From contig OZ193910.1 of NCBI GenBank assembly GCA_964276515.1, forward strand, positions 124,001-188,000: a DNA stretch of 64,000 bases, written 5' to 3'. Below, piece after piece: positions 49,027 through 60,337 of the stretch (position 1 is the first letter of the stretch; each line of letters begins with the position of its first letter). Both the position numbers and the translations under genes were made by a program. Source of the DNA: Gordius albopunctatus (lineage: Eukaryota). The notes beneath the pieces are model-generated. The model did not search any database. It saw nothing but the letters and a program-made list of their open reading frames with translations, and was not told where the DNA came from.

Positions 49027-49355
49027 AAACAAATTACACTTACCTTGGAAGAAATTTGGTTGTAATACGTACAAAGTGAAAATATAAAGAATACACACAC
49101 AGAATCAACTTTCATTTGAATGTTATCGTTTGTGTGTTCACTTCACGTCGGGGTCACCATTTTTAGTGAGAGAGGAGGAATATAATTTATTACACAATAA
49201 AAGAACAATGATCCGAAACTTATAAAAGGGTGAGTTTATATAGCAATAGATAACGATAACATTCAAATGAAAGTTGATTCTGTGTGTGTATTCTTTCTAT
49301 TTTCACCTTGTACGTATTACAACCAAATCTCTTCCAAGGTAAGTGTAATTTGTTT
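49027..49355. repeat. Long inverted repeat (~104-bp arms, ~120-bp spacer), probable foldback MITE
   Basis: 49027-49130 is a near-perfect reverse complement of 49252-49355. Confidence 0.85.
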
Positions 49356-49522
49356 TCATAAAGGGGGGGGGGGGGCAATATTTGATTTGTATTAAAAGAA
49401 TTTCTTCCAATGACCGGGAATAATTTCATAAGCTATTGAATTCAAGAAAATGTTAATATGCTGTTGCGTTTTAAATGATATTATTAACTAGTTTCAATGA
49501 CAGTTTAACCCTTCAACCAGAA

Positions 49523-51021
49523 GACTTTTTATTGATCGTTATATTTTAGTAAATTATTGTGTATTTTAATTTGCATGATTTACATTTAAGGTATTAAGTG
49601 TAAATCGGTATGTATAGAATATATTTGATATTAAAAAAATTCATAAGTGAAGTGATATCATATATTTTTGCAAAAAATTTAAAATTTGGCAATCATTTAC
49701 CTTAGTAAGGTTGATTCATAGGGTATGTTAATAATTTTATAATATCTTTATCACCTATTTGTATCCATAGCAGTATTAAATATTAAAGAAATTTTAGGCT
49801 TAGAATGAGTTCTGATGGAATAGTAAATATTACTAAAGCATATTTATATTTTGCAGTTACTCATCCTGCATAGTGCGGTAATTATAAATTGGTAGTCAAT
49901 CAGTTTGAATAAGTGGCTCTAGATTTTTGAGCACCCGCCTAACGATTTCAAAAGTAGAATAGAGTATTTAATGACACTGTAATAGATTAAATCTAAATCA
50001 TGGATTTTTGTTAAAGTCTTTATGCTTCAACTAATAGTATACCTCCCAAATTTTTGAATTTTAATAAGACATTATGTGAATACATAGTTTTGTCATATGC
50101 ATTACTTTTCACATTATACGCTGGGTTGGCAGGTGCATTTAAATTTATTATATTTCCATAATTGTGAAATATAAATTAATACACGAACCTATACTATATT
50201 CGATAAATAACTATTTAATGGCAAAGTTAGTTGGAACTGGAAGGTAATTATTTGGAATATAAATTTGCCATAAATTTAAATACGTGCACTTTAATTTACA
50301 GTTTAAAACCTTATCTTCTTAATCCTATAATAATGCTGCTTTTATTGTTGTTTTTACAACGTTTTGACATGTGCATCTAGTTAACAATTCTGTAAATAAT
50401 ATTATTATCATTAAAACTCCCTCGTACTTTATGGTTTATAGGGCTATAGTAAACATGCAATAAACACTATGGCATATAATTGATGATGGTAACAATAGAC
50501 TTAGTCTATTAAGAAGCTTTACCCAAGATTAACAAAGGGTCTCAATTTGCTCAATTATGCAACTAAGTCAACTATAAGCGAACGTATTATTAAGTATATT
50601 TATAGTTGACAAAAAAGTGAATTTGATACAAATGTTATAATTTTCTAGAACATTCACATTTAATTTTCTATACTTCAAATTTATTTATAGTCTTTTAGTC
50701 TGCACTTTCCATAGAAAATGTTATCTTTATGAATTAATTTATATCTTTATATTGTCAATGAGATGTCGTGTCCCGCTAAATCTTTGAAAAGTTCTTTATT
50801 AAAGTTTCTTAAAAAATATAAAGATTTGTCATTTGGATTTTTTAACACTTTTTTAATTTTTTTAATAAAACAGGAGAAATTTTTATTCAGTATATATTTT
50901 TTTTAAAAAGTCGAGACGAGATCGAGATTTTTCTAGACCGAGACGAGACGAGATGGAGATTTTTATAATCGCTTCCAAGACGAGATTTTGTTTTCGAGAC
51001 CGAGACGAGATCGAAACACTA
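49523..51021 (+). mobile_element. Non-autonomous DNA transposon family, copy B
   Basis: Colinear with copy A; ends GAGACGAGATCGAAACACTA. Confidence 0.75.
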
Positions 51022-51453
51022 GTTGGCGCACTTTTCGGAGCCAATTCTTATTTATAGCCCACCGCTTTCTCTCCCCATATGCGCATTCCTAATAGGTGCG
51101 TGGCCTTGGTAAAATCTTCATGTTATCATGACAACATAACTAAGAGCTTGCCATGATTAACCTTGTACAAATTTTAAATTCTTTTTAATTAAGACGAGTG
51201 CATGAAGATAGGAATGAAACTCATTTTTGTAATATGGACTATTACTTAATTTACTAAATCATTCCTAGGCATCAAAAATCATTCTTTTTCAAAACAGCGA
51301 TCTAAATAATACTAACCGAAAGCAATTGCTATGAAAAAATTGTATACTATGCGTCATATATCTGAGGTCATTGCTGTAGGCGTATTTATACAACTTTAAC
51401 TCTTAATATATATATGTCTCTGAGGTTTCGAGGCATATTTCGTATAATATTGA

Positions 51454-53686
51454 TAGTGTTTCCATCTCGTCTCGTCTCAAAAACAAAATCTCGTCTCGGA
51501 AGCGATTATGAAAATCTCAATCTCATCTCGGTCTAGAAAAATCTCGGTCTCGTCTCGATGAGAATTGTAGTCTCGTCTCGACTTTTTAAAAAAATATATA
51601 TGGAATAAAAATTTCTCCTGTTTTATTAAAACTATTAAATCCGTGTTAAAAAATCCAAATGGCAAACTTTTATATTTTTTTAAAAACTTTAATACACAAA
51701 TTTTTAAAGATTACATCTCATTGACAATATAAAGATATGAATTAATTCATAAAGATAACATTTTCTATAGAAAGAGCAGACTAAAAAACTATAAATAAAT
51801 TTGAACTATAGAAAATTAAATTATATTGTTATGGAAAAATAATAAATTTGCATTAAATTCTCTGTGTTTGTCAACTCTAAATAGATTGAGAAAATTATAA
51901 GTTCGCTTATAGCTAATTTATTTGCACAATTAAGCAAATTGAGACCCGTTATTAACCCTGGGTAAAGCTTCAAAGTAGACCCTAACATATTTGAGGCAAA
52001 CGTTCAAGTCCATTGATATTACCATCATCAATTATATAGCCCATAGTGTTTATTACATTCTTACTACAGCGTTATAAACCATAAAGTGCGAGTGACCTTT
52101 TATGATATTTTATTATTAAAAGAATTGATAACTAGTTGAAATTATATTTCAAATAATTACCTTCAAATTCTAACTAACTTTGTCATTAAATAGTTATTTA
52201 TCGAATACAATATAGGTTCCTGTATTTATTTTATATTGCACAATTGTAGAAATTATAGTAAACTTGAAAGCACTTGCCAACCCAGCTTATTATGTAAAAA
52301 GTAATGCATATGACACAACTATGTATTCACCTAATGTCTAATTAAGGTTCAAAAATTTGGAAGGTGTACTATTAGTTAAAACATAAAAACTTGTAAAAAA
52401 ACTCATGATTTAAAATTTAATCTATTATGGTGCCATTGTAATTTTGAAATCGTTAGGCGGGTGCTCAAAAATTTCAGGCCTCCTTAGCGTAACTTGTTTA
52501 TATATTCAAAATGATTGACCACCCATTTATGAGTAACTGCGAAGTTCAAATATGTTTTTTGTATTATTTACTATTCCATCAGTACTCATTATAAGCCTTA
52601 AATAAATCTATATATATATAATTATCGTGTCACGGTGTGGTGTCCTCAACTCCTCCCAAACGGCTGCACCGATTTAGATCCAAATTTCTGCGAATGATTC
52701 CTAGGTCTGAGCCTAGGTTTTTAACTATATTCCAAATCTCTAAGTCATAAGACGGTCAAGTTATTTTGTTTTATACGTCTTGATGTTTAATAAAACGTCA
52801 CTCAAACGCAACCTCATGACGTACTGCGTATCTTCCGTGTAGGTAGTGTGATAAATGCAGTAGGCATGTGGTGCGGAAAATGGAAACTTTTCACGCGCTT
52901 TGAAACATTAAATATCAAAGTCATTTTTATGCTTATTTTTCACGTCATTTATTATTATTATAGAACGGTCGTGCCCCCTCCTGCGTGGCTAAATAAATTT
53001 AAAAATCTAATTTTGTCATGTTTTGCGCGTTAAATAAGGAGAAAAATGAAAATACCTTTAACAAAGTGCCAATAAATGTTGATATATCTCAGTTCTTCGG
53101 ACATTATTAAGTTCAGAATTAAAAGTTTTATTCAGAAACAAGTAATTATAATTATGATATTGTTTCTTAATTACAAAAAATTAAGAAAAATTGCTTGAAG
53201 GGCCAGGGGGCCAAAGATTTTTCCCTTGAGGGGGGGGGGCATGGGGTCAGGTTTTCTCTCTTGGGTGGGCCTGGGCCTTGTACCCTCTTTAACTATTTAT
53301 TTAAAAAATTTTGCATAATAAACACTTATCAATTATATTTGATATATTCTTAATCTATTGAAATTTATCTATAAGATGATATATATTCTGCTAAAACACC
53401 CGGGTAAATGGCAACACAACGTTTGCCGGGTTCATCTAGTATATTATAAAATTATTCACATACCCCTAAGGTCAACTATACATACGTAAATGATTGCCAA
53501 ATTTTAAATTTTCGCAAAATTATATAATATTTACTACACTTAGGAATTTTTTTAATATAAAATATATTCCATACATATTGATTTACACTTAATACTTCAA
53601 ATGTAAATCATGCAAATAAAAATACACAAAAATTTAAGTATTAATAAAAAGTCGAGATCTCGCCGAAAAAATCTCGTATCGTCTCG
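51454..53686 (-). mobile_element. Non-autonomous DNA transposon family, copy C (inverted), interrupted by a Helitron
   Basis: Begins TAGTGTTTCCATCTCGTCTCG; reverse complement of copies A and B on both sides of the 52607-53439 insert. Confidence 0.75.
52607..53439 (+). mobile_element. Non-autonomous Helitron (rolling-circle transposon)
   Basis: Inserted between A and T with no TSD. 5' end TCTATATATATA...; 3' hairpin GGCAA-CACAACGT-TTGCC (53410-53427) followed by CTAG (53436-53439). The host repeat resumes after it. Confidence 0.8.
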
Positions 53687-55383
53687 CCTGTCTGCTTCGA
53701 CAAATAAGAGCCCTAGGGCTCTTATCTCTCAACCTCATAGGGTATTCCAACCTAGTCCTAGCCCCCTTCGCAAGATTTTTCTCGGTTTTTCTGCATCACT
53801 AAATATTGAAGGTTTATTTATAAGATCGACTTTTATAAGTAAATGGGATTACGGAAATTTAAAGAATATCGAAAGGGTGTGGACTTATAATATAATTTTA
53901 TTTCGTATTTCCAGAAAAAATATGTGTGTGATTGAAAATTATATATTTTTATATATATTTTATGGTTCGTAGAGGGGGGGCGGGTTATTTTTTATTTATT
54001 CTTTAATAATCTAAGTTATTTTACCAGAGTACACGAAGATGGGGCACCTTTGGTTTATTGTTATGAATAACTACAAAATGCAATAAAATCGTTAAGCAAA
54101 GGTTTCAATTATTTCACGTCGCGTGTGTGTGGGCCTCAGATGTGCATTGTACAATCATAAAGGGGTAGCCGCGATATGGTAGTGGGGGAGAGGAGGGGGA
54201 TATTCTAATATGATGGGGGAAAGAGAATCACATCTCTAATCGCGGGGGGGGCATACACGGAAATCCTCAAAATACTCAGCTTTATCCGAAACCTCCGTTT
54301 TATTCCTATCGTCTCGTCGTGCTCAGGGACGTTCGGGAAGAGCGCATCAAATTTTTTTGAAGAACTCAATAAACGCTCACCCCTTCTAAAATATCGAATA
54401 GTTTCTTACTAAGAGAATCAATTGCCATCGCGATCGCTAAATCCAATTTTTATTCTTTGATGAATTCAATGCCCATTCTTAAAGAAGATGAAGAAACGGA
54501 TAATGTGTTTTAATCATTTTTTTATAAATGTTTTCGTTCTTGTATATTGCACTCTATATTTAATACTTTTTTTAATAAACCATGTCAATTAAAAAAATAT
54601 ATACACCTACAAATGGAGGGGACAATTTCAAGTTTATAATTTATTCACTGGGTTGGGATTAGATTTATTATATATCAATGATTAAGAGAGATATACCATA
54701 AAAAATAATTAATAACCTTTTGTTGCTAATTTAATATTCAAGTTTAAGTCATTAAATGTAAAAATTTTTGCCTTAAGTCCTTTTTGGGTTTATTTTTATA
54801 GTACAGCACAAGATTTAGTTTAAAAATTCTTGCACTAGATCCGATGGCAGCACGCATGAGATTTAGAAGCTAGAAATGTGCTATTTTTTTGATTTTCTAG
54901 TTTGAAAGGATCTAGGATAACTATAAGGGCATGCATATTTGTATCCCTTATCACTAAATTTATTTATATAGCCATATTTCAAAAGGAATTCTATAGTTTA
55001 ATCTCATTGCATTCTACCTTGACTGTATAATATCATATATCGATTCATAATTAAGATAATGCAACTAAAGATGACGGTGCGATATGGAGGCTTACCGATT
55101 TATGATTTTAAAAAAATAAGTATCTCTTAATAAAGGCTTGATTAATATTTTTGACTCTAATCAAAACCTTAAAAGGGCAATAAAATTGGTATGGGCTCAG
55201 TGAATTATAAATCAATAATATACACTAGGTTTTTAAAGGTATGGTATTCAGTCCTTATTTTTATTTTGAATATATTATAAAGCCTCTTAATTGTTATATA
55301 GCGCAATGACCACCAATTTTTTTCAATTTACCACGGCAATCGATTTCTCTCATTCCCATAAATCGGGCTGGAATTATTTTAGG

Positions 55384-56202
55384 ATGACATCACTTTCAAT
55401 TTCACCGCTTGCTACAATGGGGACTCTGGGGATTTCTTATTCCATACTTCTTCGAAAAGCGGTTCGGACACCGGGCCTTTCTAAAAACATATTTACAAGC
55501 AATGTCAGTGGTGACAATAGTGCAGAGTTGCTTTTTCGCTCTATGGCCGATCTATTACATATCAGTGCCGGGGTGTTTTAGAGAAGATAGGAAATATTTG
55601 GCCACAATTTGGATCGCTATGATAGGTTGGCCCATGAGTGTAGTGAGCCTCTGTTTTTACAATTAGGCTGTAGCTTTCATTGATTTGGATTAATACTTAA
55701 GCACGTGTCTTGTCAACCTTTACCGTAAGAATTTTAAATAGGAGTGTCGCGCATTTTTCGCTCCTAATCTTACTAAGCCTAACTTTTAATACTCCTCTTA
55801 TTACATATTACACTGCAGTGGGTAGGGTAGGGTACGAGTACCAGGTAAGGTATAGATAGCCTAGTATTCCGCCTCAACATGGTGCTATCCTATTCAATAC
55901 ATCAGATTGTGCACGTTATTCTCGGGCACTCCATCCTCATGTATATTATAACTTTAATACATGCTTCGATTTACCATAACAAATAGATAACCATATTACC
56001 ACCTATTATACACACCCTGCAAGATAAAACAAACTCATCATTCCATAAAATTCCAACGAATTCTACCTTTAGTTATGACAATGAATCCATGAGACGTGCG
56101 AGGATATTACTAATAGTAGTGATACGCTTACTAAACGCCTTAAATTTCTTATTTTTACTCCCATACATCATTTACGTCATAAAGAATGGTAAGCGCAATT
56201 AA
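55384..56202 (+). pseudogene. Decayed class A (peptide-receptor-like) GPCR sequence
   Basis: Successive hydrophobic segments across frameshifts and stops: SPLATMGTLG (TM1-like), LKTYLQAMSVVTIV (TM2), AVAFIDLD*YLSTC (DRY-like), LLILLSLTFNTP (TM4), YSIHQIVHVILGHSILMYII (TM5), RRARILLIVV..FLFLLPYII (TM6). TM7 not found. Confidence 0.45.
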
Positions 56203-56758
56203 TACGCCATTATCATATGTCGAGAGCCAACTTATGGTTTATTTGTGGAATTATTTATGCCAAATATTTGCTTATGGCTTTAGTCTTCCTACCAGGAATC
56301 ACCATTAAAATTTTATAGCGGATTAAAGCTGAGAGTGCTGAAATACACCAAGCCATTAGTCGAAGGAATTAACGTGACGAAATCGGATAATTAATTCGAA
56401 TACTTTATGGAACATTGTCACAAATTAATAAAACAATAAAATTATGCATGCTGTGCGTTATTTAAACAGGTCTACAAATATTGACTAGGTAATTCCATCC
56501 CGCAACCAGATTAATAATTTTGATAGAAAATTTTGCGCTGAATAATACTCAATTTTAGCTTATTTTCCAAAACTTCCGGTAGTTTAGATAAACGAAGTTA
56601 AAGGTGCGAAAAATGCTCATTTTAACCTATTTTGAGGCTAAATTGTTAAGGGATTTTTAATTTTTACTGAAAACGCGTTTAGGTAAACCCCAGGCTCTTA
56701 GCAAAATGCGACCCAGTATGTCTGAAAACCGGAGTATATTAGAGTACATCCTACACAC

Positions 56759-57371
56759 TAGAGGCCTGCAAATTCACTTTTTTTCAACCAGAACCCGAAA
56801 GTGTTTTTAAAATTTCAATCCGACCCGAAAGCGTTTTTAGATTTTCAACCCGACCCGAAAGCGTTTTTTTTAATATAAATTTTGCAAATAAAATAAGTAT
56901 AAAATTTTAGATCCACATAATAATAAATAAAACTTACTTTTTTTGTTGATTCATGAATATTTAGTTATATCTTTATGTAGTTAAATTTATAATCTACTCT
57001 ATAGACTATAAACAATAATAAATACTCATTTGTTAATATTTTACCTTTCGTGATTCAGCTTTAAATTTAAATTTGCCTCCTAATTAAACGAATTAAAAAA
57101 TCGAAAAGGAAATTGATTCTATGAATGAATGAATATAATTAGATATACAATTCGGTATTGTATAACTAAAATTATAGATAATAGCATTAATTTAACAAAT
57201 ACTACGTTTCGTTCATTTTGTAATGTAAGATTCATATCCTTTGAATCCCCGACTCTATAAATCCAACCAGACCCGAATGCATTCTAAAATTTTAAATCCG
57301 AACCCGACCCGAAAATTTTAAACCCTAAGGTCAGGTCGCGTCGGGTTTCGGGTGAGCCGTGCAGGCCTCTA
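56759..57371. mobile_element. 613-bp hAT-type MITE nested in the foldback element at 56467-57450
   Basis: Perfect 12-bp TIR TAGAGGCCTGCA / TGCAGGCCTCTA, perfect 8-bp TSD CTACACAC (56751-56758, 57372-57379) and ACCCGA subterminal repeats. Confidence 0.92.
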
Positions 57372-58029
57372 CTACACACACGATGTTTACTAACACATCT
57401 CTCTCTCCCTTTCTCCTTCTCTTTCACTCCCGCCTCCATATCTATCCATTTATGGATATATATAAGTATTTTAAATTAATGATAATTAACTACCACTTCA
57501 CACTATTTAAATAAAATTTAAAAATATGATTTTATTGATATATTTTGCCTTTCATGTGTCAAATTTAAATGTGCGTCCAAATTAAAACATTCAGATTTTG
57601 AAGTCAATTAACTGAATGATCTTCAATTATACATTTTGATATTCATTAAAAATATTATACATAATAGCATTACTTTAAAGGATATGTCCGATGTATTTTA
57701 CAATGTAAAAATGCATAGCCTATAACCCGACACTTACAATCTATTTTAGGATGGTCTTGGATATGCAAACTGGGTCCGTTAAATAATTGGTAGGGTGTGT
57801 GTGATAGGCTTTGCGATAAACCCGTAATTAGGGAGGTAGGAAATATAATCTACCCCAGTATTAATTGCCCATTTTTGGTTAGGGGTCATTTGGCTATGAG
57901 ACGGAACTCCAAAGGAGAGAGTTCGTTGTTGACTGCTAGGTATAAAAGTCCCTCTGTAAATCCTGGTAGGGCCTAGGGTGCTAAATTTAATATTCTTAGT
58001 ATAGAGATCTTGATCAGGAGAAATATGCA

Positions 58030-58590
58030 CCAATATTTGAAGATAGGCTAGGTTGCTTAAAGGAAGGTATTTTTTCCATTAGAATTAATGAGAATGCTCA
58101 ATCTAGGTTTTGCCCAGCGAGGCGTGTTCCATTTTTGTGGCGTGAACAGGTACAACAGGTTTTGGATAAATGGCTAGCCGACGGCGTAATAGAACCCCTT
58201 GAATTTCCCGAGTGGGCTACCCCACTGAAGAAAACGGATGGGTCAATTAGGGTATGCGCGGATTACAGAATAACGGTCAATAAATATGTGGTTGACGTCA
58301 AATACCCATTACCCAGATTAGTTTTCTAAGATCGACCTTGCAAACGTCTATTTACAATTGAAGGTTGATTGCAAGACGGCGTTAGTTTCAATTTATTAAC
58401 ACTAACCAAGAGTTGTTTGCTCTAAAAAGATTACCATTCGGTCTTAGTGTGTCAGCGCCGATTTTTCAAACAACCATGGTTTTTTGTTTGCTAACATGGA
58501 GGGTGTAATTTATTATGTAGACGATATCTTGGTTACTGGATCTAATAAAAAAGAGCATGACCAACGTCTAGACATGGTCTTAAAAATTAA
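58030..58590 (+). pseudogene. Gypsy reverse-transcriptase remnant
   Basis: ARRVPF..GVIEP..EWATP..KKTDGSIRVCADYR..YPLPR, FSKIDL, LPFG and YYVDDILVTG, with frameshifts and deletions; no LTRs seen. Confidence 0.85.
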
Positions 58591-58858
58591 CAAATATTTG
58601 AATAAGGGCGTTATCTTCAATTTCCAACTTTATTTCCGAAAAATCATAAAATCAATAATAATGATGATTACGATATATTTTGAACATTTAGAGGTATTAA
58701 AGTATATATAATATGAATCATAAAAAATCTTATGATTCAAAGTGTGGGGAGAATCTTGCAACAGGCGAACGTAAATCATAAAGTATCGTGCGACGCAAAA
58801 ATATTTCGAAAGCATTTTAAATTTTTTAACCCAAACCGACCCAACGATGTGTTTCGGC

Positions 58859-59791
58859 TAGAGCCCTGCAAAGTCACTCATTTTCAATCCGAAAGCTTTT
58901 AATTTTTTCAACCCAAACCCAAAAGCGTTTTGAATTTTAACCCAAACCCGAAAGCGTTTCAAAATTTTTCAACCCGAACCCGACCCGGAAGCGTTTTAAG
59001 CCAAACCCGATCCGACCTAAAAGTAAAAAAATTGATTGGTGTAAAATTGATTTTTATGGTTTTAAATGTTATCTCCAAAAAAACAACAGATTTAAAACCA
59101 TTTTAAAACATGTTTGCCAAAAGTTAATGCATTAGAAAAAAGGTAGATTCTAATTCGGAAAAGTTTTTTAGTATATTTCACCCAAAGCATCCCACTTATC
59201 AAACCATTCATTATCTTCAGTAGGCACCATAAAGATGCATATATTCTTAAACTTTTGCTAAATTAAAATGAGTCGTCTTAATTGTTATCAAGCAATTTTG
59301 GGTTGTGACAATTGTGCGGAAAGTGGATCATTTTTTTAAAAACTCTCATTTTTTAATCATGTTTTTTATACATTTTAATCATTCGTTTAATAAATACTCA
59401 TGATAATTTTATTTTATTCTAGTGTATATTAGACCTAAAGCTAGTTGAGGCATCAATATTTAAAAAAAATGAGAGTTTACAAAATCGTTAATAAGTTTTG
59501 CGATATTAGTTATATGTTTTTTATAATTTATAGAATCTATGAAGATATTCTACCTTTCTGACTTTTAAATTGCGCAAATCCAAAATTCAGATCTAACTTA
59601 AAAGATAAATTAATCACATGCTTAAATATTAATTATATAATATTATATATAATGGCATTAATTTAAACGATATTTCTATTATGCAATATAAGATTTATAA
59701 CCTTTAACCCGACCCGGCCCGAGTTTAAAAATTTTCAACCGGAAAGCACTTTAAAATTGCTACCCTTTCGGGTCACCCGTGCAAGGCTCTA
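58859..59791. mobile_element. hAT-type non-autonomous element related to 56759-57371
   Basis: TIR TAGAGCCCTGCA / TGCAAGGCTCTA (11/12) and ACCCGA subterminal repeats. Flanks do not form a TSD. Confidence 0.7.
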
Positions 59792-60337
59792 CCTTCTGTC
59801 ATTTGTATAATGCGACAGTTGGTGGGAAGAGGCTTGTGAATAAATTATATTGCTAACTATTATGAGATGGAAAAAATGTAGGGATATTTTAAGTTCCTTT
59901 TACTTATTCAAATGTTGATACGATTGCGTAAACAAGAGAGTATCATCAAATCATTCGTAGGGAACTACTTTCCTCCGATCAAAAACCAAGCAGGCACAAT
60001 CAAGTGAGATGATTAAATATTTTTTGCTTTGATTTAAAATGTTGAATACGACGAATAGGGGAGAAAAATTTGATTGGTCGCTATTAAGCATTTTGAGTCG
60101 TGGCTAGGATATATTTAAAACTTTATTTTAATGTCCAAAATGAAGCACGATTAAATTAAATTATAATGTATATAGATAGATAAGGAGCAGTTAACACTGA
60201 CGAACGTTATTAAATGTGTGTAGGATAATGGTACACCACACATCTATCACACCACCTTAAATAAAGCATGAGATGAACGATGATCATGAGAGAGAGAGAG
60301 AGATTAAAACATGGAACAACAAATATAAAGCTCTTCT

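Noticed and set aside
54020..54512. Coding-looking stretch (SLNPIFI, MPILKEDEETDNVF*)
   Set aside because: No sustained frame, no credible splice structure and no recognisable family.
56785..59030. ACCCGAAAGCGTTT tandem units
   Set aside because: Explained as subterminal repeats of the two hAT-type elements.
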